A stretch of DNA of 64,000 nt, from the NCBI RefSeq assembly GCF_018977255.1, contig NW_024704742.1, positions 96,722,001-96,786,000 on the forward strand, read 5' to 3'. Source of the stretch: Callorhinchus milii. Taxonomy: Eukaryota. Of the stretch, positions 1 through 14,008 are shown in pieces. The notes below the pieces were generated by a model that ran no database searches, had not been told where the DNA came from, and was given only the letters and a program-made list of their open reading frames with translations. The first letter of the stretch is position 1. Each line of letters begins with the position of its first letter. The translations under genes were made by a program, and so were the position numbers.

Positions 1-2014
1 AAGTGCTCTATATAAATACAAGTTATTGTGGTTATTCTATGATTTTAGCATGATTTTTTTCTTATTATTTTTGCCAACTCTAACCTTTTGTTGTCAGTTT
101 AAAAGTTTTAAAAGCTTTTAAAGTCTGCCTTTAAAAGTTTTCTTTTAACTTTCTTCTTTATTCCACCCCTCATGGTGCTACGATTTGTAAAAAAGATAAG
201 ATTTTCAATCGCCCGATGGCCCATGCTGTGGATGTCAAGTGCGGGTGATATTGGTTCAACTGAGATAAAGTGATACAATATAAATCAGTACAACATCAGA
301 GCTAACAATACAAACTCTGTATATCTAATTGAGTGACATTGACTTTTCGTTAAATAAATGCTAAACCGTGAAAGCAAGATTATAATAAAGGTATTTACAT
401 TTTTGCTTTTTTTCACAGGCCTCGGGCAACATTGTCTGGTGAGGATTGTTAGATGGAATTATCAGTGGACATAACCTTCAAACACTTACCCTCTCGTGCA
501 CTGATACATCAGCCCCAGGCCACTTGATGACATCCCAACCTTCCCCGCAAGACAACTTTCAGCTGATTGTAGAAGCCTGAATGATAATGTTCCAGCACAA
601 CAAGGAGGAGAGACATTGTACCTTCACCAGAGAAGGCAGACAATGTACTGTGACCACCAGACACAATGTTATTACAGAACATTGCACATCACTTTGCTTT
701 TTCAGTGCATGTGCACAGTATTTAACTTCTACCTCTTAATAAATACTTACTTTTCTGACAGATATGAAGACCTTTTGATTTTGTAGACATAAAATCAAAT
801 ACAAATATTGTTATATGTGATTATTATTATTAACTTCTCCCTCTACGTTTTCATAGATTGTGGTAGGGGAGATGAACATCTGGACGGTCTTGTTGTTCTT
901 CTCTCTTTTACCAGAGTTGGTGCTATATAAGAGGCCCTATATTTCTCCTTCTTCCTGGCCAATGATCTGTTAGATTAATTGATTATTCACCTTGTCGCTG
1001 TTTGTGGAACTTTCTGTGCACAAAATGGCTGCTCTGTTTACCTACAAAATACAATACAGTATAAACAGCAATTATCTTTTCAACCTGATAAAGTGCTAAA
1101 TGCGATGTTTGTCATAATTTTTGTTTAAAAAATACTTAATTCATGTTTGGCAATGCATGAACTGTTAGATTACACCTCAGTAAGACTTTGAAAGCATTTT
1201 GGAATGTCAGATCATTCGATTGAATTTATGCAAACACAAATGATTAGGAAACAAGAACACCTCATTATATTATGAAGGACTTAATAATAATCCTTACATT
1301 TGGAATAGTGCCTTTCATGCCAGGAGGATTCCTCAAAGCTCTTCACAGAATATATTGTAAAGGGCAGTGATTTCGTGTTTGGTGGACAAATGCAACGGCT
1401 AATTTGCGCAAGCAATGTCCCACAAACATCCATGAAGTGAATACCAATTTTAATTGTAATGCATGCTATATGTACACAGTATGGAATAGTGATGAGACTG
1501 AAATGACAGAATATGGCTTTGATAAAATAATATAACATTTCCCAGAATCACTTGAATCAGAGGAGCTATCATGTTACATAAGGTAGAACATTGCATTGCA
1601 GCAAACTTTTGTTCCGCCCACATTATCTTTTTCTACTCTGGCACATTGATGTGTTGCCCTGCGCCTCTCTTTTTTTATTAAAGGCATTTTTTTGTTCTGT
1701 CTAGCAATACATCATGAGTCACTGATGCGCTTTTGATAGTCCTTAGGTGTTTCAGCAACTTTCGAACCTTCTTTTGTAATAATGTTCCGACTACATCAAC
1801 AACCCTGCATTGTAATCATTTTTTCTCCCTGTGCTTAAAAAAAATGCTAAAATAACTTTCCTTCTAAAGTCAGTGTGAAGACTATGTAAGCCAAAAAGTT
1901 GTCTTACAGGAGTTAGGGTAGTAATTGATTTTCTGATCTGGAAGACAGAAAGAATGTGAAAGGATATTTTTTTTCATTCCCCCCAAAATTAAACAAAGGT
2001 GCTCTTTTACTCAC

Positions 2015-2106
2015 TACAACAACAACAAGATTCCATTTATAAAGCGCCTTTCACGTCAGGAGGACGTCCCAAGGCGCTGCACAGTTGACGTCCCAAGGCG
2101 CTGCAC
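2015..2106 (-). mobile_element. L2 3' terminus with internal ~20-bp duplication
   Basis: caacaacaagattccatttataaagcgcctttcacgtc tail; gacgtcccaaggcgctgcac occurs twice. Confidence 0.85.
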
Positions 2107-3194
2107 TATCTCACTATCCCAGCATGTTATTGTACTGTGGTATTGAATATTTTTTTCTAGGTGAGAACATTCAAGATAAGGGATGTCAAAAGCAGTCAGG
2201 TTCAAGGAGGACAGTGTAGGTGTGTGTATCTTCTACTGCAGTCATAATCTTGAGCGGTGTGACCTCCACTGATACCCATTCACCTCCCTTTCAACCCTCT
2301 CCTCCTCAGATGAAACAAGGGCAGCTACAATCGGGGCACAACGCAATGCTTAGTTACTCCTAAAACAGTGGTATATTTGTTTTCCACTTTTCTGGCTTTC
2401 TGGCCCCTTTAATCTGTAAAGTCCTGACTCATGTAGTGGGAGCAAAGAAGCAGAAAAGAGTAGCCCATCGGGGTTGCAGGATACCCTGGAGTCAAAAAAT
2501 AGTAATTTCCTTTCTACAAAAGCCAGGAACAGTTTTTGATCAACAAGTTCGAGTAGTCTACTGATTTTTTACTGATCTCTTTACTATCAGAGAACTGTGA
2601 GGCCTCCAGTCTTTTAACATGAGCAGTGTGTAAGTACTTCTCCCAGAACCACAATGAAGCGTAGTGTACAACAGAGAGTCGCCTCCAGCATCAGGGGAGC
2701 CAGGCTCAGCACGTTCTGACAGCCTGGATACTGAACATACCAGGAAAAAGTGCTTCCTCCAGAGCTTTGCAAGTCTCAGATCACAAAGCTGCATAATATG
2801 AGCGCTTGAGTGTCAGCAAGGTTTTTGCTGAGGTATTCGAATTTAGGATGAGGCAAACAAAAACAGCTTCTTTTTAAAATATAGAAAAAGTGTCCATGCC
2901 ATCCATCAGTATGCAGCACTCTCCACCGTTGCATGCTGAGTTGTTGATCACACCCAGTTACATGATAAAAGGACTGAGGTCATTGGAGTGTGAGTGTTTG
3001 GCAAATGTCCAATGCTGATACAAATGAAATGCTGCCACTCACTAAAGAGACTCACAATAAACTCATATTTCACATCACGCAAAACAAACTCTGACCTGAG
3101 CTGATTCTGTTTTTGGGACGGTTTCTGTTCCCATTACAATCACTGGTCATATAAGGAGAGCCAAATTACACATTTTTATATGGGATTGAGAAAG

Positions 3195-3520
3195 TAATAA
3201 TAATAATATATAATAATCCTTGCATTTGATATAGCACTTTTCACGTCTTCTAGACGTCTTAAAGCGCTTCACAGAATATGCTGTAAAGTGAATTGACCGT
3301 ATATTTGTGGGCGAAACGCGGCAGCCAATTGCACACAGAAGTGTCCCACAAACAGTTGTGGATTGAAAATGACCCATTTATTATTGGTTTTTTGTTTTGA
3401 AGGGATCATTATTAGGTGTGTGGAGTAAGGAAACTTGCCCAAGCTTTCGCCCTGCCTGGAATTGAACCCAGGAGTCTCTCTTGCAAGGTGAGTGCTCTAA
3501 CCACTGAGCTACAGGACTCC
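3195..3520 (-). mobile_element. tRNA-headed SINE with L2-like tail (SINE2-1_CM-like)
   Basis: Head GGAGTCCTGTAGCTCAGTGGTTAGAGC (A box) and GGTTCAATTCC (B box); tail caaatgcaaggattatt; homologous to 61012-61369. Confidence 0.88.
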
Positions 3521-3614
3521 AAAAGGTAAACCAAGAACAGATACTCCAAGGCAGCAGAACAAGAGATCACAGGTTTAAAGTTGCAAAGGACAATTTCAAC
3601 AACGACAACAATGA

Positions 3615-4045
3615 TAAACAACAACAACTTGCATTTATATAGCGCCCTCCATGCCAGGCAGTGTCTCACAGCACTTAACAATGGCGGAGCCCGAGGCCAA
3701 ACCAGGGGGTGGGGATGCTGCCTGAAGGCACAGTTGAAAAGGAACGTCTTCAGGCACAACCTGAAGATGGGGAAGGAGGCGGGTGAGGGAGGGAGTTCCA
3801 AAGTTTTGGGGATAGTGGATGAAGGCACAGCCCCCGATGGTGGAGCAGAGATTTGGGGGACACGGAGGAGACCAGACCCAGTAGAGCAGAGGCAGCGGGT
3901 ACTGCTGTGGGGAGAGAGGAGGTTAGAGAGATAGGGGGGTGCCAAGGAAATGGAGGGATTTAAACACTAAAGTGAGGATCTTGAAGTCAATCCACTCTGT
4001 GTAAGGGAGCCAGTGGACTTTGGCAAAGACTGGAGTAATCGAGGT
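3615..4045 (-). mobile_element. L2 LINE 3' fragment (older subfamily)
   Basis: HWLP..IDFKIL, PPYLSNLLSP and LKTFLF coding remnants; tail gcgctatataaatgcaagttgttgttg. Confidence 0.9.
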
Positions 4046-4067
4046 GATTGCAGACAATTTCAGTACA

Positions 4068-4255
4068 GACACTAGGAAGAAGTTCTTTCCCCAAAAGGTA
4101 ATTGATAACTGGAATAGATTACCAGGAAGGATGGTTGAGGCCAGGATACTGGACTCATTTAAGAAACAGCTTGATGCTGCAATAGAAGGATAATAGGATG
4201 GGTATTCTGCAAGGGTGAGATTAAATGAGTTGAACGGCCTGCTTCAATCAGGCCT
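4068..4255 (+). mobile_element. CR1-clade LINE 3' fragment
   Basis: Translates as RKKFFPQKVIDNWNRLPGRMVEARILDSFKKQLD, the typical CR1 ORF2 C-terminus. Confidence 0.8.
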
Positions 4256-6360
4256 CTTTTATTGTAAGTGGATTCAGGCTGAAGTGCACGATGTTGGTCT
4301 ATATTGATATAGTTAAAATGACCAAAGTTACAACCAGTGATGTGTTAATTTTCACTGATAATAATTATCATCATGTTGATCAATGCAGTTAATGAGGCCG
4401 GTTGTTAAGAAGAGACCACCCCCACAACCAATCATTTGGTCATCACTCTCACAGCCAGGTCCACTGCCTATCCACCAACATTCAAGCTTTCTCCTGTCCA
4501 TCCATCACCTTGATGATAATGGAAGAAGGCTATGGAGCTAACCAAACTAATAAGTTTTCTTGATCTCAGTGTCCATAATAAGACTCATTAGTTTCTTCCT
4601 TGCGCTTAAACTTCATAAAGATAAGGGTTCCAGTTAAAACTTCTCTATCTGCCTAACATTACCTCTGCAAAGTACTGATAGCTAACAACCTGCATTGCAT
4701 TGCTCATTACACTGCCTTAAGACCAGGTATTTCCTGCCCTAAAGGAGATCAGAAGAGTGACAGTATTGCTACATTCAATGGTAATTATTGCAAATAGGTT
4801 TATGATGTCTCGACATGTTAAGGTACTATGAAAATTCTAGTTCTTTCTTATAACTTGATGGTCTTGATGCAGAAGCAGCAGGATCATGCACACATTAGAA
4901 TTTTTCCAGTTGCACCAGAAAGAGGGAGCCTATTTTGACAACATCTGTGCGCAATAACCTGAAAGGTTCTGTGTACCTTCCCTCTAGAACTCTCAACAGG
5001 ATGAGAGATGATGGTCATTTTCGCAACTCAAAAACATTTTTCAAACGCACAGTAAAGTGTCAGAATATGTGAAGTGTTTGAGGTGGATTCATTGCAACAT
5101 GCCAATTACTTGCAGAAATCCCCCATCACTACTAGCACTATCTTTATGGCAAAAATAGGTCTTAGTATAATTGCAGGCGAAGCATAGCTGTCTCCTGTGG
5201 CCCAGATGAAGGTTTTATTAAAATCAAGTCTTTTTCCTGCAATTGCAGATGTAACGTAATGCAACTCGCAATATATGAAGAAAATGATTTAGAATAATCC
5301 TGCTTCCAATTCAATATTTTTGCATTTGAAAATAAAATTAGCAATCCTACTTCATGTACTCAAATTAGTGCAATTATTGTTGCACCCCAAATAGAAGAGA
5401 AAGTGATATGGAAATGATACAAAAACTAATGGGCCAAAAGGACGAGTTGACAAATGCATTAGCCTAATCCAGAGAAAGCAATATTCAAATACATATTGTA
5501 TTCTGAGCACCTAGCCTTAATATTTCACTCTTACTGTGATTAAGGACGATTTTTATTTTGTCATATTACATTAAATCTTACCCCTTAAAAATACGCTATC
5601 ATATTTTTCTCCAAGCTTGTCATAGACAGTCCAACTACATCTCCTTTATGTTGTGTGCTGCACCAGCAGATCCCTACCAAACCTGTTAATCTTCTGCACG
5701 GTAGTTCTGAACAGTAGACAATACTTTGAAAAATGACTCATAGATGGGAGCTGAATAAATCTTGATAGTACATAAGACAACAGTACAAGCTCTTCCAAAG
5801 ATAAAATGTTTTGTCCAATTCCATTCACAAGAAATGAGGAAAGAAAAATATAAACACATAGAACTTGCAGTCATAAATATCATTTATTGCATTATCAAGG
5901 TGTCTTTTTCTTAAAAGGGGCATTAAACTTGAAAGATTGTTGCAAAACATTTTAAATTGTTGGCAAATTAACAGTGAAGAGTAAATAACGCTGTTAAAAC
6001 CAACTATATGTCTCCTTGAGTAGATGCTAAACAAATACAAGGAGACATAAACATGCCCTCACAAATAACCATACTCATTTTAAGAATTTAAATGATGGTA
6101 GGTTTACGATATCCATCAGTATTTCATCATGTGCCACCATCAGTCTAAAAGAAAAATGTTAAAATCTAGCAGTTCTTTGAAGGCCCTCCTTCCGCTTCTT
6201 TAGAAAACCTAACAAAAGATGTTTTAGACTTTCCTCTTCGACCATGCCTTCGGTCATCTTCCGTGGTTAGGGGATGGACTATATAGTCATAATAATTAAT
6301 AATGGATATCGGGAGGTTAGAATGTGTCACATTCTTAGGCTTGACTTTGTTAGTTTATTA

Positions 6361-7005
6361 GCTTTGGCTGAGTTTGTAGCACTCTCGCCTCTGGGTCAGA
6401 AAGTTGTGGATTCATGCCCTAAATTGAACATCAGCTCACAATCTAGGCTGACATTCCAGCGCCATCCTGGGAGAGTACTGCATTGTTGAAGTTGTTGCCC
6501 TTTGGATAACATGTTAAATTAAGATACTATCTACCAATAATAATAATCCTTGCATTTGATATAGCATTTGATGAAGCCCTTTGAGACATCGTTGAGATGT
6601 CTCAAAAGACTTCACAGAATATATTGTAAAGTGGATTGACTGTGGAAATTGTGGGCGAAATGCAGCAGCCAATTGCTCATAGAAGAGTGCCACAAACAGT
6701 CGTGGATTGAGTGACCAAATGGATTAAGGGATATGGGGATAAGGCGGGTAGGTGGAGTTAGAATAGATCAGCCATGATTTTATTGAATGGCAGGGCAGGC
6801 TCGAGGGGCTGAATGGACTACTCCTGCTCCTAATTCTTATGTTCTTCTGTTCTTATGTTCAAATACATTCAATCCTATTCAGGTGGATGTTAAAGATCTC
6901 AGGACACTATGAAAAGGGAGAATTTAACCTGATTAATTGTTCATTCACCTCCTGTGTATCTATGGGAAATTGATGTGAACACAATGACTGTTGTCTTTTC
7001 CTGCG
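6361..7005 (+). mobile_element. Deu-domain SINE interrupted by a younger SINE (6536-6718, minus) and a HER1/CR1 tail (6720-6860, plus)
   Basis: Head gtagcactctcgcctctgggtcagaa; core caggtggatgttaaagatc resumes at ~6878; CR1 tail gatcagccatga...gaatggactactcctgctcct. Confidence 0.8.
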
Positions 7006-7176
7006 GAAAACACTAGGAGTTTATAGGAGTTATAAAAAATATCCTCTTTCTTTCTTAAGACTAATGTGTTAAATTGTAAGACAATGCAGAATTTGTGGGG
7101 TAAAAAGTCTTAAATTCAGTTTTAATTGGGAAGCTGATGTGCAACAGTTCTTTTTAGGTCCTGCAGAAAATTGTCC

Positions 7177-7312
7177 TTGCTCCCTCCCTTCCCTCCCCTC
7201 ACCCTGACCATTTCCCCCTTGCTCGGGTCCTGACCCAACTGTACAGCGCCTTGGGACGTCCTCCCGACGTGAAAGGCGCTCTATAAATGGAATCTTGTTA
7301 TTGTTGTTGTTG
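7177..7312 (+). mobile_element. Young L2 3' end
   Basis: Nearly identical to the 3' ends at 31835-31966 and 36000-36137. Confidence 0.9.
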
Positions 7313-7529
7313 TCATCCAAATTAAGAAGGAATTTAAGACTATTTTCCAAACTCCACAGAATCTTAAATTTTACATTTTAAATTGTAAGGTAATAGTCTT
7401 AAGCCTGAAGACATGGGAAATCTACATTCTGTAACAAAATAATGTGCCACGCCTGATCTGGGCACATCCTCGCCTTGATGATCACATTGATTCACATAAA
7501 GCAATACATTTAAAGGGACGAACGGATCA

Positions 7530-7830
7530 CCGAACAAATCGATTTCAAAATCCACTCACTTGTTTTCAAATCACCTCACACCTCCCTCCGTTCCATGATC
7601 GGTGGCCATGCCTTCAGCCACCACGCCCCGAGACTCTAGAACTCTTTCCCTCAATCCCTCTGCATTGTCCCCTCCTTTCCCACCTTCGATTTCCGCCTAA
7701 AGACCTTCCTTTATGAACCTGCTTACGGTCATCTGCCCCCTCCCTCTCCACTTAGCCCATTGTCAGACTCCGCCACTGTGAAGTGTTACCCCGTGTGAAG
7801 GGCGCTATATAAAAATTCATGTTGTTGTTG
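7530..7830 (+). mobile_element. Older L2 3' fragment
   Basis: ggtggccatgccttcagcca...ccccgtgtgaagggcgctatataa...gttgttg. Confidence 0.85.
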
Positions 7831-8065
7831 GAAGAAGTACTTCTCTCAATGAGTGAGCTTCGCCAGCTCCCAGTCAGACTGCTAGATGGAGGTTTTCATT
7901 CATCTTGTATCACTGTCTCAGAGCCAGGAGAACTGGTAGGACCAGTCGTAACCTCACAGAAATTCAGCTCCTATCAATTGACTACAAAGTGATACAGAGG
8001 GAGCTTTTAACTCTGATATCTCTGCTTGGGGAAAAGTTACATAAGATGGTGGTGTGATCATAGAG

Positions 8066-8079
8066 CCACCAGGGGGCAG
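8066..8079 (+). promoter_or_regulatory. CTCF motif
   Basis: CCACCAGGGGGCAG matches the CTCF core consensus and lies outside recognisable repeats. Confidence 0.6.
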
Positions 8080-8580
8080 TAATAAGGCAGATGTAATTAC
8101 TGTACTTTAATTTTTTTATTTTTAGACAACTTAATAGAATCTACATTGTGGACTTACATAAACAGTCAGAAACTGTGTGTAGGATCAGTCTGTTTTGTCA
8201 GGAACATGTAATATTCCCCCACAAACAATACACAGTCACTCTACGGTATATCCTGAGAAGCACTTTAAGACGTATGGCCTCTTGATGTGAAAGGCACTAT
8301 ATCAAATGCATCAAGTATTATTTATTTAATATTTACAAAAATAAATAATTTAGCCCATAACACTAAAAGTTGTGCTCTTGATCATATAAAATCATTACAG
8401 GTTAGTGGGTGGTTTCATCTTGAAGGAGATACAACAGATTAATAAACTAAAGTGAAAGAGACAAAGGCCAACCAAAACATTTGAAAAAATAATACTCTCC
8501 TTATAATTAATTAATTGGTATTCATGGTTGTCTGTTTTTCAAAGTATTTCAAAATTCTGATGGGCAGTGCTAGATTTTAA

Positions 8581-8764
8581 GTGTGTTTGTGTGTGAGAAT
8601 GTATTTGTGTGTATTTGTGTGTATGAGTATGAGAGTGTATTTGTGTGTGTGAGCATATGGTTGAGTGTGAGAGTGTGTTTGTGTGTGTGGGTGTATGGTT
8701 GAGTGTGAGAGTGTGTTTGTGTGTGTGGGTGTATGGTTGAGTGTGAGAGTGTGTTTGTGTGTGT
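8581..8764. repeat. TG-rich microsatellite containing three copies of a 38-bp unit
   Basis: Unit tatggttgagtgtgagagtgtgtttgtgtgtgtgggtg starts at 8656, 8694 and 8732 (last copy partial). Confidence 0.9.
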
Positions 8765-11579
8765 AAGATGTGCTGTACATGTTTGTGCATGTGGCTGGTG
8801 TCATTCATTTTTAAAGACCCTTCATGGAGGCTGTACTGGCCCAAATCTTTAAGCAACAAAAGAAACACAAAAATACCCAAATATTCATCCTTAGCAATAA
8901 AATACAACCACAAACTGTAACAAACTGGCAGCACAAACACACATAAACTGTCATGGATTTTAAACATTTATTTGATGGGAGTGAGTGTGAATGCATTTGT
9001 GTATGATTATACGTAAATATGGGTGAATGTGAGTGTGTGACTTGAGGAAGGGGTGGCTGTAGTGAATGCAATTGATAAAGAAGAATTTCTATGAGACAGG
9101 ACTGATCCTGCTATTTCATTCTCAATTATAATGATCTGAACAAATTGTACCACCTTGTACCCTGGTTGGCCGCAGGGAAACTTGCCTATTGAGAGGAATT
9201 ACACTTATTTCTGACCCTTAAAACAATCCAAACATACAATTGCCCAGTTTCTATGCATAAATGCATGTGCTGATTACTATGCAACAACAATAATTTGTAT
9301 TTACATAGCGTCCTTAAAGCAGGGTAGCATCTCGGAGCTCTTAATAGTGGAGCATAGTTTGACGCCGAGCCAGGGAGAGAGGGTAGGGACAGTCCTTAGT
9401 AGAATCGAAGAGGAAGATCTTCAGGTATGAACGCAAAATTGGCTACAGTGTTCACCTATAAATACATAGTATCTAAAGCAAATCCTTTGAAGCGCTTTGA
9501 GACATTTCAACAATGTGATAAGACAAATAAAAGGATTATTAAAATCTAGCACTGCCCATCAGAATTTTGAAATACTTTGAAATGTTCATTCTCTGTGAAA
9601 GTACTATATAAATGCAAATTGTTGTTGCTGTATGGTGATATTGTGTTTTGCCCACAAAATATACAGTCAGTTCACTTTACAGTATATTCTGTGAAGGGCT
9701 TTGAGGCACCTCGGAGATGCAATAAGGCACTATATCAAATGCAAGGATTATTTTTATTGTAGTGAGTCCTTAACATTGCTAGATTCATTTCGGAAACATT
9801 TCTATATACCGAGGGCAATTTTGATCTTGAGATTAAAGGTTTCATTCATTTCAAGGAATAAATTTCCGCAGCATTTAACGCAAATACTTTGTTCCAGTCA
9901 CGAGCTGGTGCCTGAACCGTTCATTTGCAGAAACGCCACTAATGTCACAAGTCACTGCGCTTGTAGTTATTGAAACAATCAGAATGTCTATCCCATTTTA
10001 TTGCAAAAATTACTAGTAAAATAAATTGGGAAAGCCACAGGGATTGCAGGGCTGTGGCTGAACCAATGCTTGTTGTAATAACACAATTCTACCATAACAC
10101 AAAATCACGCAACCACTAACAAACAATTTTGCAGCAATATAATCCAGTCTCTAATTTGAAAATACCTGCCAAAGGTGAGCTAAGAATTACCTATATATAT
10201 ATAAAATCCTTTTGTAATCACTAATATGTGAACCTGTTGGTTGTGACAGAAAAAAACATGTCAAAGGGCAGTGCCCTCTGAGCTTGAGAGGAAAACATGA
10301 TGTATTGCGGAAGGCAGAGAATAAATCACAGCTGATGTTCCTGGACAATAAAGTAATTTTCCTGAAGAATCTTCCTTCAAGGATAAAAGGAAACAAAGTA
10401 ATGAAGTAGGGAGATTGTGCAGGTGGGCTCAGTGTGAGAGTGGAGGAAGCTCTTATTATTCTAAGTTTCTGATGCTCACTTCATGACAGCTTCCACCACT
10501 GGAGATGCAAAACGTACCTTTTCATCTGTTCAATTCATTAGAAGATGACAGAGAGATTATAGTACACCCCAGCATTTGACATATAACCACTATTACACCC
10601 AAGAATTAGCCCCAAATGTAACACGCAGGCTGGAATGCCAGAATGTTAAAGATTCATTGATGTTACTGATGTGTACAGTGTAGCCGCGCTGAACGCAAAT
10701 CAAAGGTGGCAGAGCAGAGAGAAGCAATGCACCTAATATGCAGGCATGCCCTAAAGTCAGTAATATATATTCAGAACACACCCCAAGCCTGATTCCATAT
10801 TCGCTGTTACTCTTCTTGCCAGTGTTACTGATCCTATAAGTGATCTTGTGTGCTGTGAAGCGAGAATTGTACTCAATATGGTGGTGCAGTGCAGCAGGGG
10901 AATATGTAAAATGGAAACAAAGAGTTGAAAGTGTTGTAATCCCACAATTTTTTGAATCTGCAGTGATCTTGAAATTAGGAATTCAAGACATTTAAAGGTC
11001 AAGAGCAACCTATTCGTACGTTTTATCTCTTAGCAAAAGGATCTTGTTGTTCAGGTTCACAGATCACTGAAGGTCAGTTCACAAGTACACAAAGCAGTCA
11101 GATGGCCAATGTACGTTACCCTTACACAAATACAATTTTTATTTTATAGCACCTTTCATGTTGGAAGGACTTCTAAAGGCGATTTTATCATAAGAGGGCT
11201 GGAATATAAATAATGATATACTAATCCTTACATTTGATATAGTACCTTATCACATCATAGAAATGTCCCAGTACATTTCACAGGATTTTACTGTGACGTG
11301 TAGTGACTGTAGATTTGTAGGTGATTTTTGTAACCCTTTGTCAATTTGGTGAACACCATACATCATTATGTTTATTAGCTTGATTCTATCCCTAGCAAGC
11401 TTTGTGATTTTATCCAGTTCGTCTCCAGCAATACCCCAACACACACTATGGAGTCCCCAAGCCGTGATTTTTGCCAACTTTTGCCTAATGCTCTCAGGAA
11501 TTAGGTAAGTAGGGTGCATCCCTCTGTTGAGAGAGTTTGCATTCGATTCCAAACATGGGAATTTCTACGAATAGGTGGC

Positions 11580-11830
11580 AAACAAGGGCGAAACCTTGGG
11601 CAAGTTTCCTTACTCCACACACTTGATAATAATCCCTCAAGAGAATAAACAATAATAAATTGGTCACCTCAATCCACGGCATTTTGTGGGACACAGCTGT
11701 GCACAATTGGCTACCGCGTTTCATCCACAAATATACAGTCAATTCACTTTACAGTATATTCTGTGAAATGCTTTGAGACGTCTAGAAGATGGGAAAAGCG
11801 CGATATCAAATGCAAGGATTATCTTTATTA
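11580..11830 (+). mobile_element. SINE2-1_CM-like SINE lacking most of the tRNA head
   Basis: gggcgaaaccttgggcaagtttccttactccacac through caaatgcaaggatt. Confidence 0.85.
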
Positions 11831-13189
11831 TATATACATGAAACACTCAGCCTGGTTGGGACACCTTAGGCATGGTGATGGGTTTCCGCATGTGTCAGAC
11901 GCCCCCAAAAATCTCAGGCTAACTCGTAGAAGAGCCATGGCAAGTAAAAAACTAGTTTTAACAACCATTGTTCTAAATTGACAATAGCAGGTAACAAAAC
12001 AGTTAACTTTGACCTCTGACAAATATTGGCTCACGCCGTACAAGTGGGTGAAAGATCTCCTATATTTTAAAATATTTTAGGTCAAAAAATGTCAAATACA
12101 AAATAAGTAATGGCTGGTGTTAGGCTATGAGGTTATCCTTTGGTTTTCTGAATGCATCAATACCCTCAGCTATTATAACACTCTCAAGGTCATTTTTGTA
12201 ACCCTTTGCTCAATACAGTGAGCGATTTAATTAAATTTTGTTTGTGTGCACAAATATAAAAAAATAAATTAAAATATACTTAACTGATAGATATTAGGTC
12301 CAAAATTCCACCTAGTCTTAACATGTATAATCATTTTCTCTTAAATTTAAAATAGTTTAGAAATGTAGAAAATTATTTAAATAGTTTTTTTGCAATTTCG
12401 CAAACAATTTCTTCATAAAAACAAAAAATAATTTCAAATTGTTCTGAACGTAACAATTTTCCACAATTCCGATCTTACATAGTTAAGGCAAAATAGACTG
12501 ACAGGCTGAGTCTAGGTGAAATTTTAGGTCTGAACAATTCTCTCTTAATTCTCCTTCTGCAAGTTTTAGAATTTTTCATAAAATCATTTTCAAAATATTA
12601 CACCAAAGAGAGCGTTTTTACGGAACAACAAAGCCTTTCTGTGCTCGATAGAATTAAGAGCAGGGCTCCCTGTAAGTGCTGACTCTATCACCACCTGCCA
12701 GTTTGTGAATGAAACAAATAACTTTCTGTATTTGTAATTTTACGTTTCATAAACTGGAATCCAGTGGAACATCATTTCCCCAGCTACTTATACCTCATCA
12801 AAGAAATGAATTTGCTGTTGACAGCCCGTGCAGATAGCATTGTAGCCAATTCTTTTACTTGTAAATATACCAAGTGGCTCAGCTGCTTTCCTGCCTGGTT
12901 CAAGCCCTACGTGCGCCAGTGCCTTGAGGCACAAATTTTTGTCATTCTGCTCAAAGGCATGAGTCATCTAGGCATGCCGGGGATGTGGAGCAGACCGGAG
13001 CCAGAGGAACGGAGGGTACGGACAGGTACGTAGAGGGATAGTAGGTCGGAGAGGTAGGAGGGAGCAAGGCCGTGAATTGGTAGGATATTTCACTGTAAAT
13101 ATTTGGACTCTATAACCACAGATGGCTAGCATGCTGTTTGAATCCAGAAACTTTTAATATATCGATCAGCAGTTACTGGAATATTGTGC

Positions 13190-14008
13190 AGGCAGGCCTC
13201 TCCCCTCACCCCTAATGGTTTTCTCTCCCACTCCCGCCCCCGCCCGGTCACCTGCGGGGTACCCCAAGGCTCCATCTTTGACACCCTTCTTTTCCTGATC
13301 TACACGCTCTCTCTCAGTGATGTCATCCACAGTCATGGGGTCAATTTCCACATGTCTGTCACATTGCTTGCCTCCATCCGTACCTCACAATCAAAACAGC
13401 CGAAACCATCGTCCACGACTTTGCCACTTCCCGGCTGGACTATTCCAATGCCCTCCTCGCTGGTCTCCCCAACTCCATCAGTCACAAAACTCAAAACTCC
13501 ACCGCGCAGATACTCACCCACATAAAACCAGTCACCCCAGTCCTTGTCAGGCTCCACTGGCTCCCAATTACCAAATGGATCGATTTCAAGATCCTCTCAC
13601 TTGTTTCCAAATCCCTTCATGCCCTCAAAACTCCCTACCTATCCCTCCTGCTTACCCCTCACTCCACCACTCATTGCCTCTGGTCGGTTGACTCCAGCCT
13701 CCTGTTTGTCCCTCGTCCCCTTTACTCCACCATCTGTAGCCGCGCCTTCAGCCACTCTGCCCCAAAACTCTGGAACTCTCTCCCTCAATCCCTCTGCTTG
13801 CCCCCTCCCTTCCCACTTTCAAATCCCACCTAAAGACCTTCTCTATTGATTGTGCTTATGGTCACCTCCCCCTCCCTCTCTTCCCAGCTCGGTGTCAGAC
13901 TCCGCCACTGTCAAGCGCTGCGGGACACTACCCCGCATGAATAATAATAATATTAATAATAATAATAATAAAGGGTGCTATATGAATGCAAGTTGTTGTT
14001 GTTGTTGA
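13190..14008 (+). mobile_element. Internally deleted L2 fragment with RT remnant
   Basis: VTCGVPQGSIF..., SRLDYSNALL, ctccactggctccc; tail interrupted by (AAT)n. Confidence 0.9.

Noticed and set aside
400..745. Plus-strand acceptor (ttttttcacAG, 418) with a downstream AATAAA
   Set aside because: All three frames stop within about 20 codons and there is no partner exon in the window. It cannot be supported, although a terminal exon is not excluded.
8539..9071. His/Thr-rich ORFs
   Set aside because: They are translations of the TG microsatellite.
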